Assembly: GCA_965221125.1 (NCBI GenBank) | Contig: CBDCRW010000005.1 | Span: forward strand, 608,001-672,000 | DNA length: 64,000 nt | Origin: Alphaproteobacteria bacterium | GTDB taxonomy: Bacteria > Pseudomonadota > Alphaproteobacteria > UBA828 | Direction of reading: 5' to 3' | Shown here: piece by piece, positions 19,757 to 28,362 of the stretch | Position numbering within the stretch: position 1 is the first letter of the stretch | Layout of the letters: each line of letters opens with the position of its first letter | The notes under the pieces: model-generated | Database searches by the model: none | The model's input: only the letters and a program-made list of their open reading frames with translations | What the model was told of the DNA's origin: nothing | Position numbers and translations under genes: made by a program

Positions 19757-21271
19757 ATGGCTGACGAGCCGGCGTTACGAGCGAACGGGATCGGCGTCGC
19801 CTTCGCGGGCGTCTGGGTGCTCAGCGACGTCTCGGTGGACATCCTGCCAGGCGAAATCCATGGGCTGATCGGCGAGAACGGCGCCGGCAAGTCGACGCTC
19901 GGCAAGGTGTTCGGCGGCTACTACGCGGCCAGCGCCGGCTCCCTCGACGTCTTCGGCGAGCGCACGAGCGCGTGGGACCCGCTGATGGCGCTGTCGAAGG
20001 GCGTCGCCATCATGCACCAGGAGCTCCAGCTCGTGCCCGCGCTCACCGTGGCGGAGAACGTCTTCCTCGGGCTGGAGGACCAGCGCTGGGGCGTGCTGCG
20101 CCGCACCGAGGCGGACCGCCTCACGGACCTGATGGAGGCGAGCGGCTTCCAGCTCGACCCCAACGCCATCGTCTCGCGGCTGCCCATCGCCGACCAGCAG
20201 AAAATCGAGATCCTGCGCGCGCTCGCGCGCGAAGCGCGCATCATCGTGATGGACGAGCCCACGTCCTCGCTCTCGCGGGACGAGGTCTCCCAGCTCCACC
20301 TCGCGATGCGGAAGCTCCGGGACGAGGGGCGCTCGATCATCTACGTCTCGCACTTTCTCCACGACATTCTCGAGGTCTCCGACCGGATCACCGTGCTCCG
20401 CGACGGCTTGCACGTGAAGACGGCGCCGGCCGCCGGCGAGACCCGCTCCAGCCTGGTCGCGGCGATGCTGGGCGGGGGCAAGAGCGAGACTCCCTTCCCG
20501 CCCCGCGCGCGCCCCGAGAAGCCCGAGCCCGTGCTGGAGGTACACGAGCTGGAGAGCGAGGCGGGCGCCAACGGCGCGAGCCTCTGGGTCGGCCGGGGCG
20601 AGATCGTGGGCCTCACCGGCCTCGTCGGCAGCGGCCGGAGCGAGATCGCGCGAGCCATCGTCGGCGCCGATGCGGCGACGGCCGGCGAGGTCCGGCTGCG
20701 GGGCGAGGCCTACCGCAACCGCTCCATCCGCCGCTCCGCCGCGCTCGGCATGGTGATGTCGCCGGAGGACCGCCGCAAGCAGGGCCTGGTCATGACCATG
20801 CGCGTCTCGCCCAACATGACCTTGCCTCACCTCGGCCGCTTCGCGCACCTTGGCGTCATGAAACGCCGCGCCGAGCGCACCCGCGCACTCAGCCTGATCG
20901 AGCACTTCAACGTGCGCCCGGCGGACCCCAACGGCAACGTCGCGACCTTCTCCGGCGGCAATCAGCAGAAGGTCCTGATCGGCAAGTGGCTCATGGAGAA
21001 CCCCGACATCGTGATCCTCGACGAGCCGAGCCGGGGCGTGGACGTGGGCGCGCGCGAGCGCATCCACTTCGCCATCGCGGAGCTTGCGGCGGGCGGCACC
21101 GGCGTGCTGCTCATCTCCAGCGAGATCGAGGAGGTGCTGGGCCTCGCCCACCGCGCCTACCTCACCGACGGCGGGCGCATCGTCGAAGAGGTGATCCCCG
21201 AGGAGTCGAGCGAAGCCGACCTTCTCGCGCTGCTCTTCCAGCACCAGAGCCAGAGGCGCGGCGCCCAATGA
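19757..21271 (+). CDS. Sugar ABC transporter ATP-binding protein (two NBDs)
   Basis: GENGAGKST, MDEPT, SGGNQQKV, LDEPSRGVDVG; start could be 19745. Confidence 0.92.
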   Translation: MADEPALRANGIGVAFAGVWVLSDVSVDILPGEIHGLIGENGAGKSTLGKVFGGYYAASAGSLDVFGERTSAWDPLMALSKGVAIMHQELQLVPALTVAENVFLGLEDQRWGVLRRTEADRLTDLMEASGFQLDPNAIVSRLPIADQQKIEILRALAREARIIVMDEPTSSLSRDEVSQLHLAMRKLRDEGRSIIYVSHFLHDILEVSDRITVLRDGLHVKTAPAAGETRSSLVAAMLGGGKSETPFPPRARPEKPEPVLEVHELESEAGANGASLWVGRGEIVGLTGLVGSGRSEIARAIVGADAATAGEVRLRGEAYRNRSIRRSAALGMVMSPEDRRKQGLVMTMRVSPNMTLPHLGRFAHLGVMKRRAERTRALSLIEHFNVRPADPNGNVATFSGGNQQKVLIGKWLMENPDIVILDEPSRGVDVGARERIHFAIAELAAGGTGVLLISSEIEEVLGLAHRAYLTDGGRIVEEVIPEESSEADLLALLFQHQSQRRGAQ

Positions 21272-22209
21272 CGGTACGCGGCTTCCACGTCGGGCGCTTC
21301 CTGCAGACCTACGCGGTCCTGATCATGATCGTGTTCCTGGTCATCGCGCTCAGCATGATGTCCGAGAACTTCCTGACCGCCCGCAACCTGCTGAACATCC
21401 TCAACCAGAACGCGCCGCTCGCGATCATGGCCTCGGCGATGACGCTGGTGATCATCGCGGGCGGGTTCGACCTCTCGGTGGCGGCGATCTTTTCCATGGG
21501 CTCGGTCATGTCCGCCTGGATCGCGATCCACGTGGACCCCTACCTCGGCCTCTTCCTGGCACCCTTCATCGGCCTCATTCTCGGCACCATGAACGGCGTG
21601 GTGATCAACGCGCTCCGGGTGCACTCCTTCCTCGCCACCATCGCCACGAGCCTGATCTTCAAGGGCGTGGCCATCGTCATCTCCGACGGGCGGCTGATCT
21701 CCGTCCGCCTCGACACCTTCACCTGGCTCGGGCGCGACAAGGCGGGCGGCGTCTTCATCGCCGTCTGGATCATGGCGGTCTTCGCCCTGATCCTGACCTT
21801 CACGCTGACGCGAACCGCCTTCGGGCGCCGCGTCTTCGCCGTCGGCGGCAACGAGGAGGCCGCCGTGCTCTCCGGCATCCGCACGGACCGGGTGAAGACC
21901 GCCACCTTCGCCATCGCGGGCTTCGCGGCGGGCCTCGCCTCGATCATCGCGACCTCGCGCGTGGCGCTGGGGCAGGCGGCGGCCGGGCAGGGCATGGAGC
22001 TGCAGGCCATCGCTGCGGTGATCCTGGGCGGCACCAGCATCTACGGCGGCGCGGGCGCGGTCTGGCGCAGCCTCGGCGGCGTCTTCCTGCTGGCGCTCAT
22101 CAGCAACGGCTTCAACATCCTGAACGCCGATCCCTTCTACCGCGACCTGACCACCGGGCTGGTCATCCTCGCCGCGATCGGAATCAGCGCGGGCGGCAAT
22201 CGGAGGTAA
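21268..22209 (+). CDS. Sugar ABC transporter permease (RbsC-like)
   Basis: GGFDLSV, FGRRVFAVGGNEEAA, ELQAIAAVILGGTS. Confidence 0.92.
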   Translation: MTVRGFHVGRFLQTYAVLIMIVFLVIALSMMSENFLTARNLLNILNQNAPLAIMASAMTLVIIAGGFDLSVAAIFSMGSVMSAWIAIHVDPYLGLFLAPFIGLILGTMNGVVINALRVHSFLATIATSLIFKGVAIVISDGRLISVRLDTFTWLGRDKAGGVFIAVWIMAVFALILTFTLTRTAFGRRVFAVGGNEEAAVLSGIRTDRVKTATFAIAGFAAGLASIIATSRVALGQAAAGQGMELQAIAAVILGGTSIYGGAGAVWRSLGGVFLLALISNGFNILNADPFYRDLTTGLVILAAIGISAGGNRR

Positions 22210-22212
22210 GCC

Positions 22213-23487
22213 ATGGGCTACACCATCGCCGAGAAGATCCTGGGGCGCGCGAGCCGCGCGGGCGCGCCGGTGCGCGCCGGCACGGAGGTCGAGGTCAAGC
22301 CCGACTACGTGCTGGGCTACGATTTCCCCGGCTACCTCGACCTGATCTTCAGGCAGATGAAGGAGGAGTTCGGCATCGAGCGCGTGGCCGAGCCGGAGCG
22401 CTTCGCCCTCTTCATCGACCACATGGTGCCCGCCAACACGCCGGAGGAGGAGGAGCTTCACATCGTCACCCGCACCTGGTGCGCGGAGAACGGCGTGAAG
22501 CTCCACGAGCGCGAGGGGATCGGCCACCAGGTCGCGGCGGAAGCGGGCTACGCCGTGCCCGGCGGCTTCGTCGTCCACTTCGACGGCCACGTCGCGCAGC
22601 TCGGCGCCTTCGGCACGCTCGCCGTCGGCATTCACACGCAGCTTCTGGAGGCCTTCGTCCGCGAGCGGATCGACTTCACCGTGCCGGAGACCACGCGCGT
22701 GAACCTCACCGGCCGGCTCGCGCCCGGCGTCATGGCGCGCGACGTGTTCCACCATCTGGTGCGCGTGCTCGGCCCCCGCTCCTGCCGCTTCCAGGTGCTG
22801 GAGCTGGGCGGGCCGGCGCTCGGCGACATCTCGCTGGAGGGGCGCCAGACCATCACCGGGCTTGCCATGTTCACCGGCGCGCTGACGGCGATCTGCAACC
22901 CGGACCGCCTCGCGCTCGATTACGCGAAGGCGCACGTGAGCCGGCCCTTCGCGCCGCAGGCGAGCGACGCGGCCGCCACCTACGCCGCGCTGCACGAGGT
23001 GGACCTTACCGATCTCGCCCCCGTCGTCGTGGTGCCGCCCAACCCGGCGGCGACCGCCGACCTCGCGGACCACGCCGGGCTCGCGGTCCAGGCCGGCTAC
23101 CTCGGCTCCTGCGCCTCCGGCCGGCTCGAGGACCTGCGGGTCGCGGCGGCGGTGCTCAAGGGCCGCCGCGTCGCACCGGGCTTCCAGCTTCACGTCGTGC
23201 CGACGAGTCAGGCCATCATGGCCGACGCCGCCCGCGAGGGCCTGCTGACGACACTGATCGAGGCCGGCGCCTTCGTCACCTCGTCCTCCTGCGACTACTG
23301 CTACGGGCGGATCGCCACCATGACCGCAGGCCAGCGCGCGGTCTCCACCGGCACGCTCAACGTCACCGGGCGCATGGGGAGCCCGGACTCCGAGATCTAC
23401 CTCTGCAACGCCGCGGCGGTCGCGGCGTCCGCGCTGGAGGGGCGGATCGCCGACCCGCGCCCCTACCTCTCGGAGTCAGATACGTGA
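22213..23487 (+). CDS. Aconitase-family hydro-lyase large subunit (LeuC/HacA-like, divergent)
   Basis: TIAEKIL, DHMVP, GIGHQ, GSCASGR, CDYC [4Fe-4S] ligands, GRMGS. Confidence 0.85.
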   Translation: MGYTIAEKILGRASRAGAPVRAGTEVEVKPDYVLGYDFPGYLDLIFRQMKEEFGIERVAEPERFALFIDHMVPANTPEEEELHIVTRTWCAENGVKLHEREGIGHQVAAEAGYAVPGGFVVHFDGHVAQLGAFGTLAVGIHTQLLEAFVRERIDFTVPETTRVNLTGRLAPGVMARDVFHHLVRVLGPRSCRFQVLELGGPALGDISLEGRQTITGLAMFTGALTAICNPDRLALDYAKAHVSRPFAPQASDAAATYAALHEVDLTDLAPVVVVPPNPAATADLADHAGLAVQAGYLGSCASGRLEDLRVAAAVLKGRRVAPGFQLHVVPTSQAIMADAAREGLLTTLIEAGAFVTSSSCDYCYGRIATMTAGQRAVSTGTLNVTGRMGSPDSEIYLCNAAAVAASALEGRIADPRPYLSESDT

Positions 23488-24005
23488 GCCTCGCGCCGCT
23501 CTGCGGCCGCGTCGCCTACGTCTTCGCGGAGGCGGACTTCGACGTCGACCAGATCGTGGGCGTCGAGAACATCCGGCTCACGGACCCCGACGAACTCGCC
23601 GCGTGCGCCATGCGCCGCTTCGACCCCGGCTTCGCGGACAAGGTCGCGCCCGGCGACGTCATCGTCGGCGCCGAGAATTTCGGTTACGGCCATCCCCACT
23701 TCGCGCCGATGATCGGGCTCCGGCGCTTGGGCGTCCGCGCCGTGATCGCCGACTCCTTCGCCACCGGCTACTGGCGCGAAGAAATCGCCGAGGGCTTTCC
23801 ACAGATCGCCTGCCCCGGCATCACCGGCCTGGCCCGGCGCTGGGACGAGATCGAGATCGACTGGGAGGCAGCGCAAGTCCGCAACCTCAGCCGGGGCGGG
23901 GCGCTCCCCATCGCGCCCTATTCCACCGCCGAGCGCGGCATGCTGCAGGCCGGCGGCCTAATCCCCTACCTGCGCGACAAACTGGCTGCCGAGAACGGCG
24001 GGTAA
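23484..24005 (+). CDS. Aconitase-family hydro-lyase small subunit (LeuD/HacB-like)
   Basis: DVDQI, GAENFGYG, AVIADSFA, AGGLIPY; GTGA overlap. Confidence 0.85.
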   Translation: MSLAPLCGRVAYVFAEADFDVDQIVGVENIRLTDPDELAACAMRRFDPGFADKVAPGDVIVGAENFGYGHPHFAPMIGLRRLGVRAVIADSFATGYWREEIAEGFPQIACPGITGLARRWDEIEIDWEAAQVRNLSRGGALPIAPYSTAERGMLQAGGLIPYLRDKLAAENGG

Positions 24006-24062
24006 GGCCGCCTCCCCGGTTTCCTGTCTCGGACGTACCCGCGCACGACGCGAACTCTCGCT

Positions 24063-24091
24063 GCCATGGCCGGACTTGCTCCGGGCATGAC
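24063..24091. repeat. REP-like hairpin between convergent genes
   Basis: GCCATGGCCGGA-CTTGC-TCCGGGCATGAC imperfect 12-bp stem. Confidence 0.5.
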
Positions 24092-24149
24092 GAAACGGGT
24101 TGCCGTGGACGGGTCGACGAGCGGGCGTGGCCGGCCCGGACGGAGAGTG

Positions 24150-25055
24150 TCAACCGCTGCCAAGGCACCAGAGCAGGATCGCCTTCTGCGCGGGCACGCG
24201 GTTGGCCGCCTCGTCGAGCACCACGGACTGCGGGCCGTCGAGCACCGCGTCGGTCACCTCGCAGCCGCGCTTCGCCGGCAGGCAGTGCATGAAGATCGCG
24301 TGGGGCGCCGCCATCGCCATCACCGCCTCGTCGACCCGGTAGGGCTCGAACGAGACGTTGCCCTTGCGCGCAGGCTCGTCGTGCATCGAGACCCAGCTGT
24401 CGGTCACGACGCAGTCGGCGCCCGCGACCGCGCTGGCCACCTCGGTGCCGACCGCGATGTCGGCGCCCCGCTCCCTGGCCCAGTCCACGATCTCCTGAGC
24501 AGGGGGGCAGGCGGCCGGGCAGGCGAGGCGCAGGCTGAAGTCGCAGAGCGCCGCCGTCTGCACCCAGGTGGCCGCCATGTTGTTGCCGTCGCCGAGCCAG
24601 GCGACCGTGCGGCCGGCGATGGGCCCGCGGTGCTCCTCGTAGGTCATCACGTCGGCCACCAGCTGGCAGGGGTGGCTGCGGTCGGAGAGCGCGTTGATGA
24701 CCGGCACGCTCGCGCCGTCCGCCAGCGCCATCAGGGTCTCGTGCGAGCGGGTGCGCAGCGCGATCGCATCGACGTAGCGCGAGAGCACCCGCGCGGTGTC
24801 CTCGATGGTCTCGCCGCGCCCGAGCTGCATGTCGGCCGCCGTCATGGTGATGGTCTTGCCGCCGAGCTCGTCCATGGCGACCTCGAACGAGACCCGGGTG
24901 CGCGTCGACGGGCTCTCGAAGATCGCGGCGAGCGTCTTGCCGGCGAGAGGGGCTGCGCCGTTCCGCCCCTTCAGCGTGCGCGCGCTGTCGATGGTCGCGC
25001 GCAGCGTGGCGGCGTCGAGCGCGTCGAAGTCGAGGAAGTGGCGTGGCCCGGTCAC
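24150..25055 (-). CDS. argF: Ornithine carbamoyltransferase
   Basis: STRTRVSF, HPCQ, GDGNN, WVSM, FMHCLP; follows argD. Confidence 0.95.
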   Translation of the reverse strand: MTGPRHFLDFDALDAATLRATIDSARTLKGRNGAAPLAGKTLAAIFESPSTRTRVSFEVAMDELGGKTITMTAADMQLGRGETIEDTARVLSRYVDAIALRTRSHETLMALADGASVPVINALSDRSHPCQLVADVMTYEEHRGPIAGRTVAWLGDGNNMAATWVQTAALCDFSLRLACPAACPPAQEIVDWARERGADIAVGTEVASAVAGADCVVTDSWVSMHDEPARKGNVSFEPYRVDEAVMAMAAPHAIFMHCLPAKRGCEVTDAVLDGPQSVVLDEAANRVPAQKAILLWCLGSG

Positions 25056-26220
25056 GTGCCCACCTGGCCCAGCGCCCGCTCCAGCGCGCCGCAGGCCTCG
25101 TCGATCTCGGCCTCGCCGATGGTGAGCGGCGGCAGCATGCGGAGCACGTTGCCGTCCGCCGGCAGCGCCAGAACCCTGTTCTCGCGCAGCGCGCCGAGAA
25201 GCTCCATGTTGGGGATGACGCACTCCAGGGCCAGCATCAGGCCGCGCCCGCGCACGCCCGTATAGACGCTCTTGTTGCCGGCAAGCGCGGTCAGCCGCTC
25301 GGTCAGCAGCGCTCCGTTCTTCTGCACGCTGTCCAGAAAGCCCTCGCCCAGCACCACGTCGAGCACGGCGTTGCCCACCGCGCAGGCCAGCGGGTTGCCG
25401 CCGAAGGTGGTGCCGTGGCTGCCGGGGACCATGGCGGCCGCCACCTCCTCCCGCGCGAGGCAGGCGCCGATGGGAAGCCGTTGCCGAGCGCCTTGGCGAC
25501 GGCCATGACGTCCGGCGCCACGCCTGCCCACTCGTGGGCGAAGAGCCGGCCGGTGCGCCCGACGCCGCACTGCACCTCGTCGAAGATGAGCACCAGGCCC
25601 GCCTCGTCGCAAAGCGCGCGCAGGCCCTGCAGGAACGCGTCGCTCGCCGGATAGACGCCGCCCTCGCCCTGGACCGGCTCCACCATGATCGCCGCCGTCT
25701 CGTCGCCGATGGCGGCGCGGGTCGCGTCCAGATCGCCCAGGTCCACCTGGTCGAAGGCGTCGACCGCCGGCTCGAAGCCCTTGAGGTGCTTGGCCTGGCC
25801 GCCGGCCGCGATGGTCGCCAGCGTGCGCCCGTGGAAGGCGTTGCGGAAGGTGATGACGCGGTAGCGCGCAGGCGCGCCCCGGCTCGTCTGGTAGATGCGC
25901 GCGAGCTTGAGTGAGGCCTCCACGGCCTCCGCGCCGGAATTGCAGAAGAGCACGCGGTCGGCGAACGTCGCGGCCGTCAGTTGCTCGGCGAGGCGCGTCT
26001 GCGGCGGGATGTGGTAGAGGTTGGAAACGTGCCAGAGCTGCTTCGCCTGGCCCTCCAGCGCGGCGACCACATGCGGATGCGCGTGGCCCAGGCTGGTCAC
26101 GCCGATGCCGCAGCCGAAATCCAGGTAGCGCTCGCCGTCGGCGGTGAAGAGGTAGGACCCCTCGCCCCGCTCGAAGGTCAGGTCGAAGCGGCCATAGTTG
26201 GCCATCACGGACGTGGACAC
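25052..26220 (-). pseudogene. argD: Acetylornithine aminotransferase with a 1-nt frameshift at ~25473 (real or sequencing error)
   Basis: [32 protein letters not shown] in one frame; IGA...[12 protein letters not shown]...LRMLPPL in another. Confidence 0.85.
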
Positions 26221-26304
26221 GGCAACGCCTCCTTGAATTTGGGAAGCGCGCACTATCCGTTCGCAGGCTCCGCAAGTCAACGCGAGTGCGCGGTCTGCGC
26301 GCGA

Positions 26305-27972
26305 TCAGATTGGGTATTCGATCTTGCCCAGGCGGGCCGAGAGCTTCATGTTCTCGCCGTAGTCGATGGGCACGCCGATCACCGCAGGCCCCGGCTGGCT
26401 GAAGGCCTCCTCCAGCGCCGGGCCGAGCTCGTCGGCCTTCTCGATGGTTCGCCCCCAGGCGCCGTAGGACTGCGCCCAGAGCGCGAGATCCGGGTTGGTG
26501 AAGGAGAGGTCGAAGTGGCGGCCGTCGAAGGCGTTCCGCTGCTTCCACTCGATGAGCCCGTAGGCGCCGTCCATCCAGATCATGGCGACGACGTTGAGCT
26601 TGCGCCTGACGGCGGTCTCCATGTCCTGCGCGTTCATGAAGAAGCCGGCGTCGCCGTTGATCGAGAGGACGCGGCGGTCGGGCATGGCGATCTTGGCCCC
26701 GAGCGAGCCGGGGAAGGCGAAGCCCATGGTGCAGAAGCCGTTGGAGATGAGGCAGGTGTTGGGCTCGTCGCACTGGTAGTAGCGGGCGATCCACATCTTG
26801 TGCGCGCCCACGTCGGAGAGCAGCACGTCCCCCGGCCCCATGAACGCGCGCACGTCGTGGAGCACCTTCTGCGGGCGCATGGGGAAGTGGCTGCTGCCCC
26901 GCTCGGCAGTGAGATCGTCGTGGATGGTGTGGCGGAGCGCCTGGCGCTCGCCGATGTCGAAGAGCGGCAGGCTCGGGCCGCCCTCCCTGGCGCGGCGCTC
27001 GATCTCCTCGTTGATCTGCCAGAGCGCATCGGCGATGTCGCCTTGCACGTCCACCGCCACGTCGTAGTCGCCGTCCACCTCGGCGGGCCAGAAGTCGATA
27101 TGGACGATGGTCTTGTCTGCCCCGCGGTTCCAGAAGGCCGGCGAATACTCCACCAGGTCGTAGCCGACGGAGACGATGACGTCGGCCTCGCGCAAGGCAC
27201 CGATGATGTGGTCCTTGCCCTGGAGGCCCACGGTGAAGAGGCAGTGCTCGTCGCCCCTCGGCACGGCGCCCTTGCCCATGAAGGTATTGACGACGCCGAT
27301 GCCGGTGAGTTCCGCGAGGCGCCGGAGCTGGGTCGAGGCGCGCTTGCGGATGGCGCCGTTGCCGGCGAGGATCAGCGGGCTTTTCGCGCCCACGATCGCG
27401 TCCACGGCGCGGGCCACCGCCTTGTAGTCGGCGCCGGGGCGCCGCGTCTTGACGGGGGCAATGGGCGCGCCCGCTGCCTCGTGCTCGGCGATGTCCTCCG
27501 GCAGCTCGATCAGCACCGCACCGGGCTTCTCGGCCTCGGCGACCTTGAAGGCCTTGCGCACGATCTCGGGGATGTTGTCCGGCTGGTGCACCGTCTGCGC
27601 CCAATTGGTGATGGGGCGGAACATGGAGACCGAGTCCATGTTCTGGTGGCTCTCCTTGTGGAGGCGCTGGGTGCCGGCCTGGCCGATGAGGCAGACCAGG
27701 GGCGCGCGGTCCATGTTGGCGTCGGCGACGCCGGTCACGAGATTGGTCGCGCCCGGGCCGAGGGTGCCGAGGCAGACCCCGGCCTTGCCCGTGAGCCGGC
27801 CGTAGACGTCGGCCATGAAGGCCGCCGCCTGCTCGTGGCGGCAGAGGACGAAGTCGATGTCACTCTCGATCAGCGACATCATCACGTCGGCGTTCTCTTC
27901 GCCGGGAATGCCGAAGATATGGGTCACGCCCTCGGTTTCGAGGCACTTGACCAGAAGATCGGACGCTTTCAT
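26305..27972 (-). CDS. Acetolactate synthase large subunit family (ThDP enzyme)
   Basis: RHEQAAAFMAD, TLGPGATN, SDVGAHKMW, GDAGFFMN. Confidence 0.92.
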   Translation of the reverse strand: MKASDLLVKCLETEGVTHIFGIPGEENADVMMSLIESDIDFVLCRHEQAAAFMADVYGRLTGKAGVCLGTLGPGATNLVTGVADANMDRAPLVCLIGQAGTQRLHKESHQNMDSVSMFRPITNWAQTVHQPDNIPEIVRKAFKVAEAEKPGAVLIELPEDIAEHEAAGAPIAPVKTRRPGADYKAVARAVDAIVGAKSPLILAGNGAIRKRASTQLRRLAELTGIGVVNTFMGKGAVPRGDEHCLFTVGLQGKDHIIGALREADVIVSVGYDLVEYSPAFWNRGADKTIVHIDFWPAEVDGDYDVAVDVQGDIADALWQINEEIERRAREGGPSLPLFDIGERQALRHTIHDDLTAERGSSHFPMRPQKVLHDVRAFMGPGDVLLSDVGAHKMWIARYYQCDEPNTCLISNGFCTMGFAFPGSLGAKIAMPDRRVLSINGDAGFFMNAQDMETAVRRKLNVVAMIWMDGAYGLIEWKQRNAFDGRHFDLSFTNPDLALWAQSYGAWGRTIEKADELGPALEEAFSQPGPAVIGVPIDYGENMKLSARLGKIEYPI

Positions 27973-28140
27973 GCAGCCCCCTTCCAGGGCGCGGTCTCGC
28001 CTTCTGCGCCCGCCTGAGTGCGCGGCGCACGATGCGGCCGCGGTACGCTCAAGTCAACGCGCCTGCGGCGTGGATCACGTCGCTGTTTGAAGAGTTGAAT
28101 GATCGTCCCAAGCGAACGTTCTGCGCGACGCTGGCTTGAC

Positions 28141-28314
28141 CTAATCGCGAGATGGAGGGAAGCGCGGCTTATCCTGCATCGCCTCAGCGTCGTCTTCGTG
28201 CGCCTGCCGCGCGATATCCTCCTCGCTCGTCGTATCCAGCACCGCATGATCGACCCGCCCCGGAGGAAGGCTGCGGCGATCGTCCGGGTCAATCTTGACG
28301 CGTGTCCTGCTCAT
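28141..28314 (-). pseudogene. Truncated XRE/HTH antitoxin-like gene (57 aa; HTH lost)
   Basis: Hand translation MSRTRVKIDPDDRRSLPPGRVDHAVLDTTSEEDIARQAHEDDAEAMQDKPRFPPSRD*; GGAGG/GGAG upstream; overlaps BrnT remnant. Confidence 0.6.
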
Positions 28315-28354
28315 ACTCCCGAACCTCCTTGGCCTTGCGCGCTGAAATGATGCG
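28289..28354 (-). pseudogene. C-terminal remnant of a BrnT-family toxin
   Basis: Hand translation RIISARKAKEVREYEQDTRQD*; RIISARKA is the BrnT C-terminal hallmark. Confidence 0.65.
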
Positions 28355-28362
28355 GCACGCGC

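Noticed and set aside
22213-24005. Calling these genes leuC/leuD
   Set aside because: Substrate-binding motifs diverge and the context is catabolic.
25460-25490. Programmed frameshift in argD
   Set aside because: No slippery heptamer or precedent that I know of; an indel is simpler.
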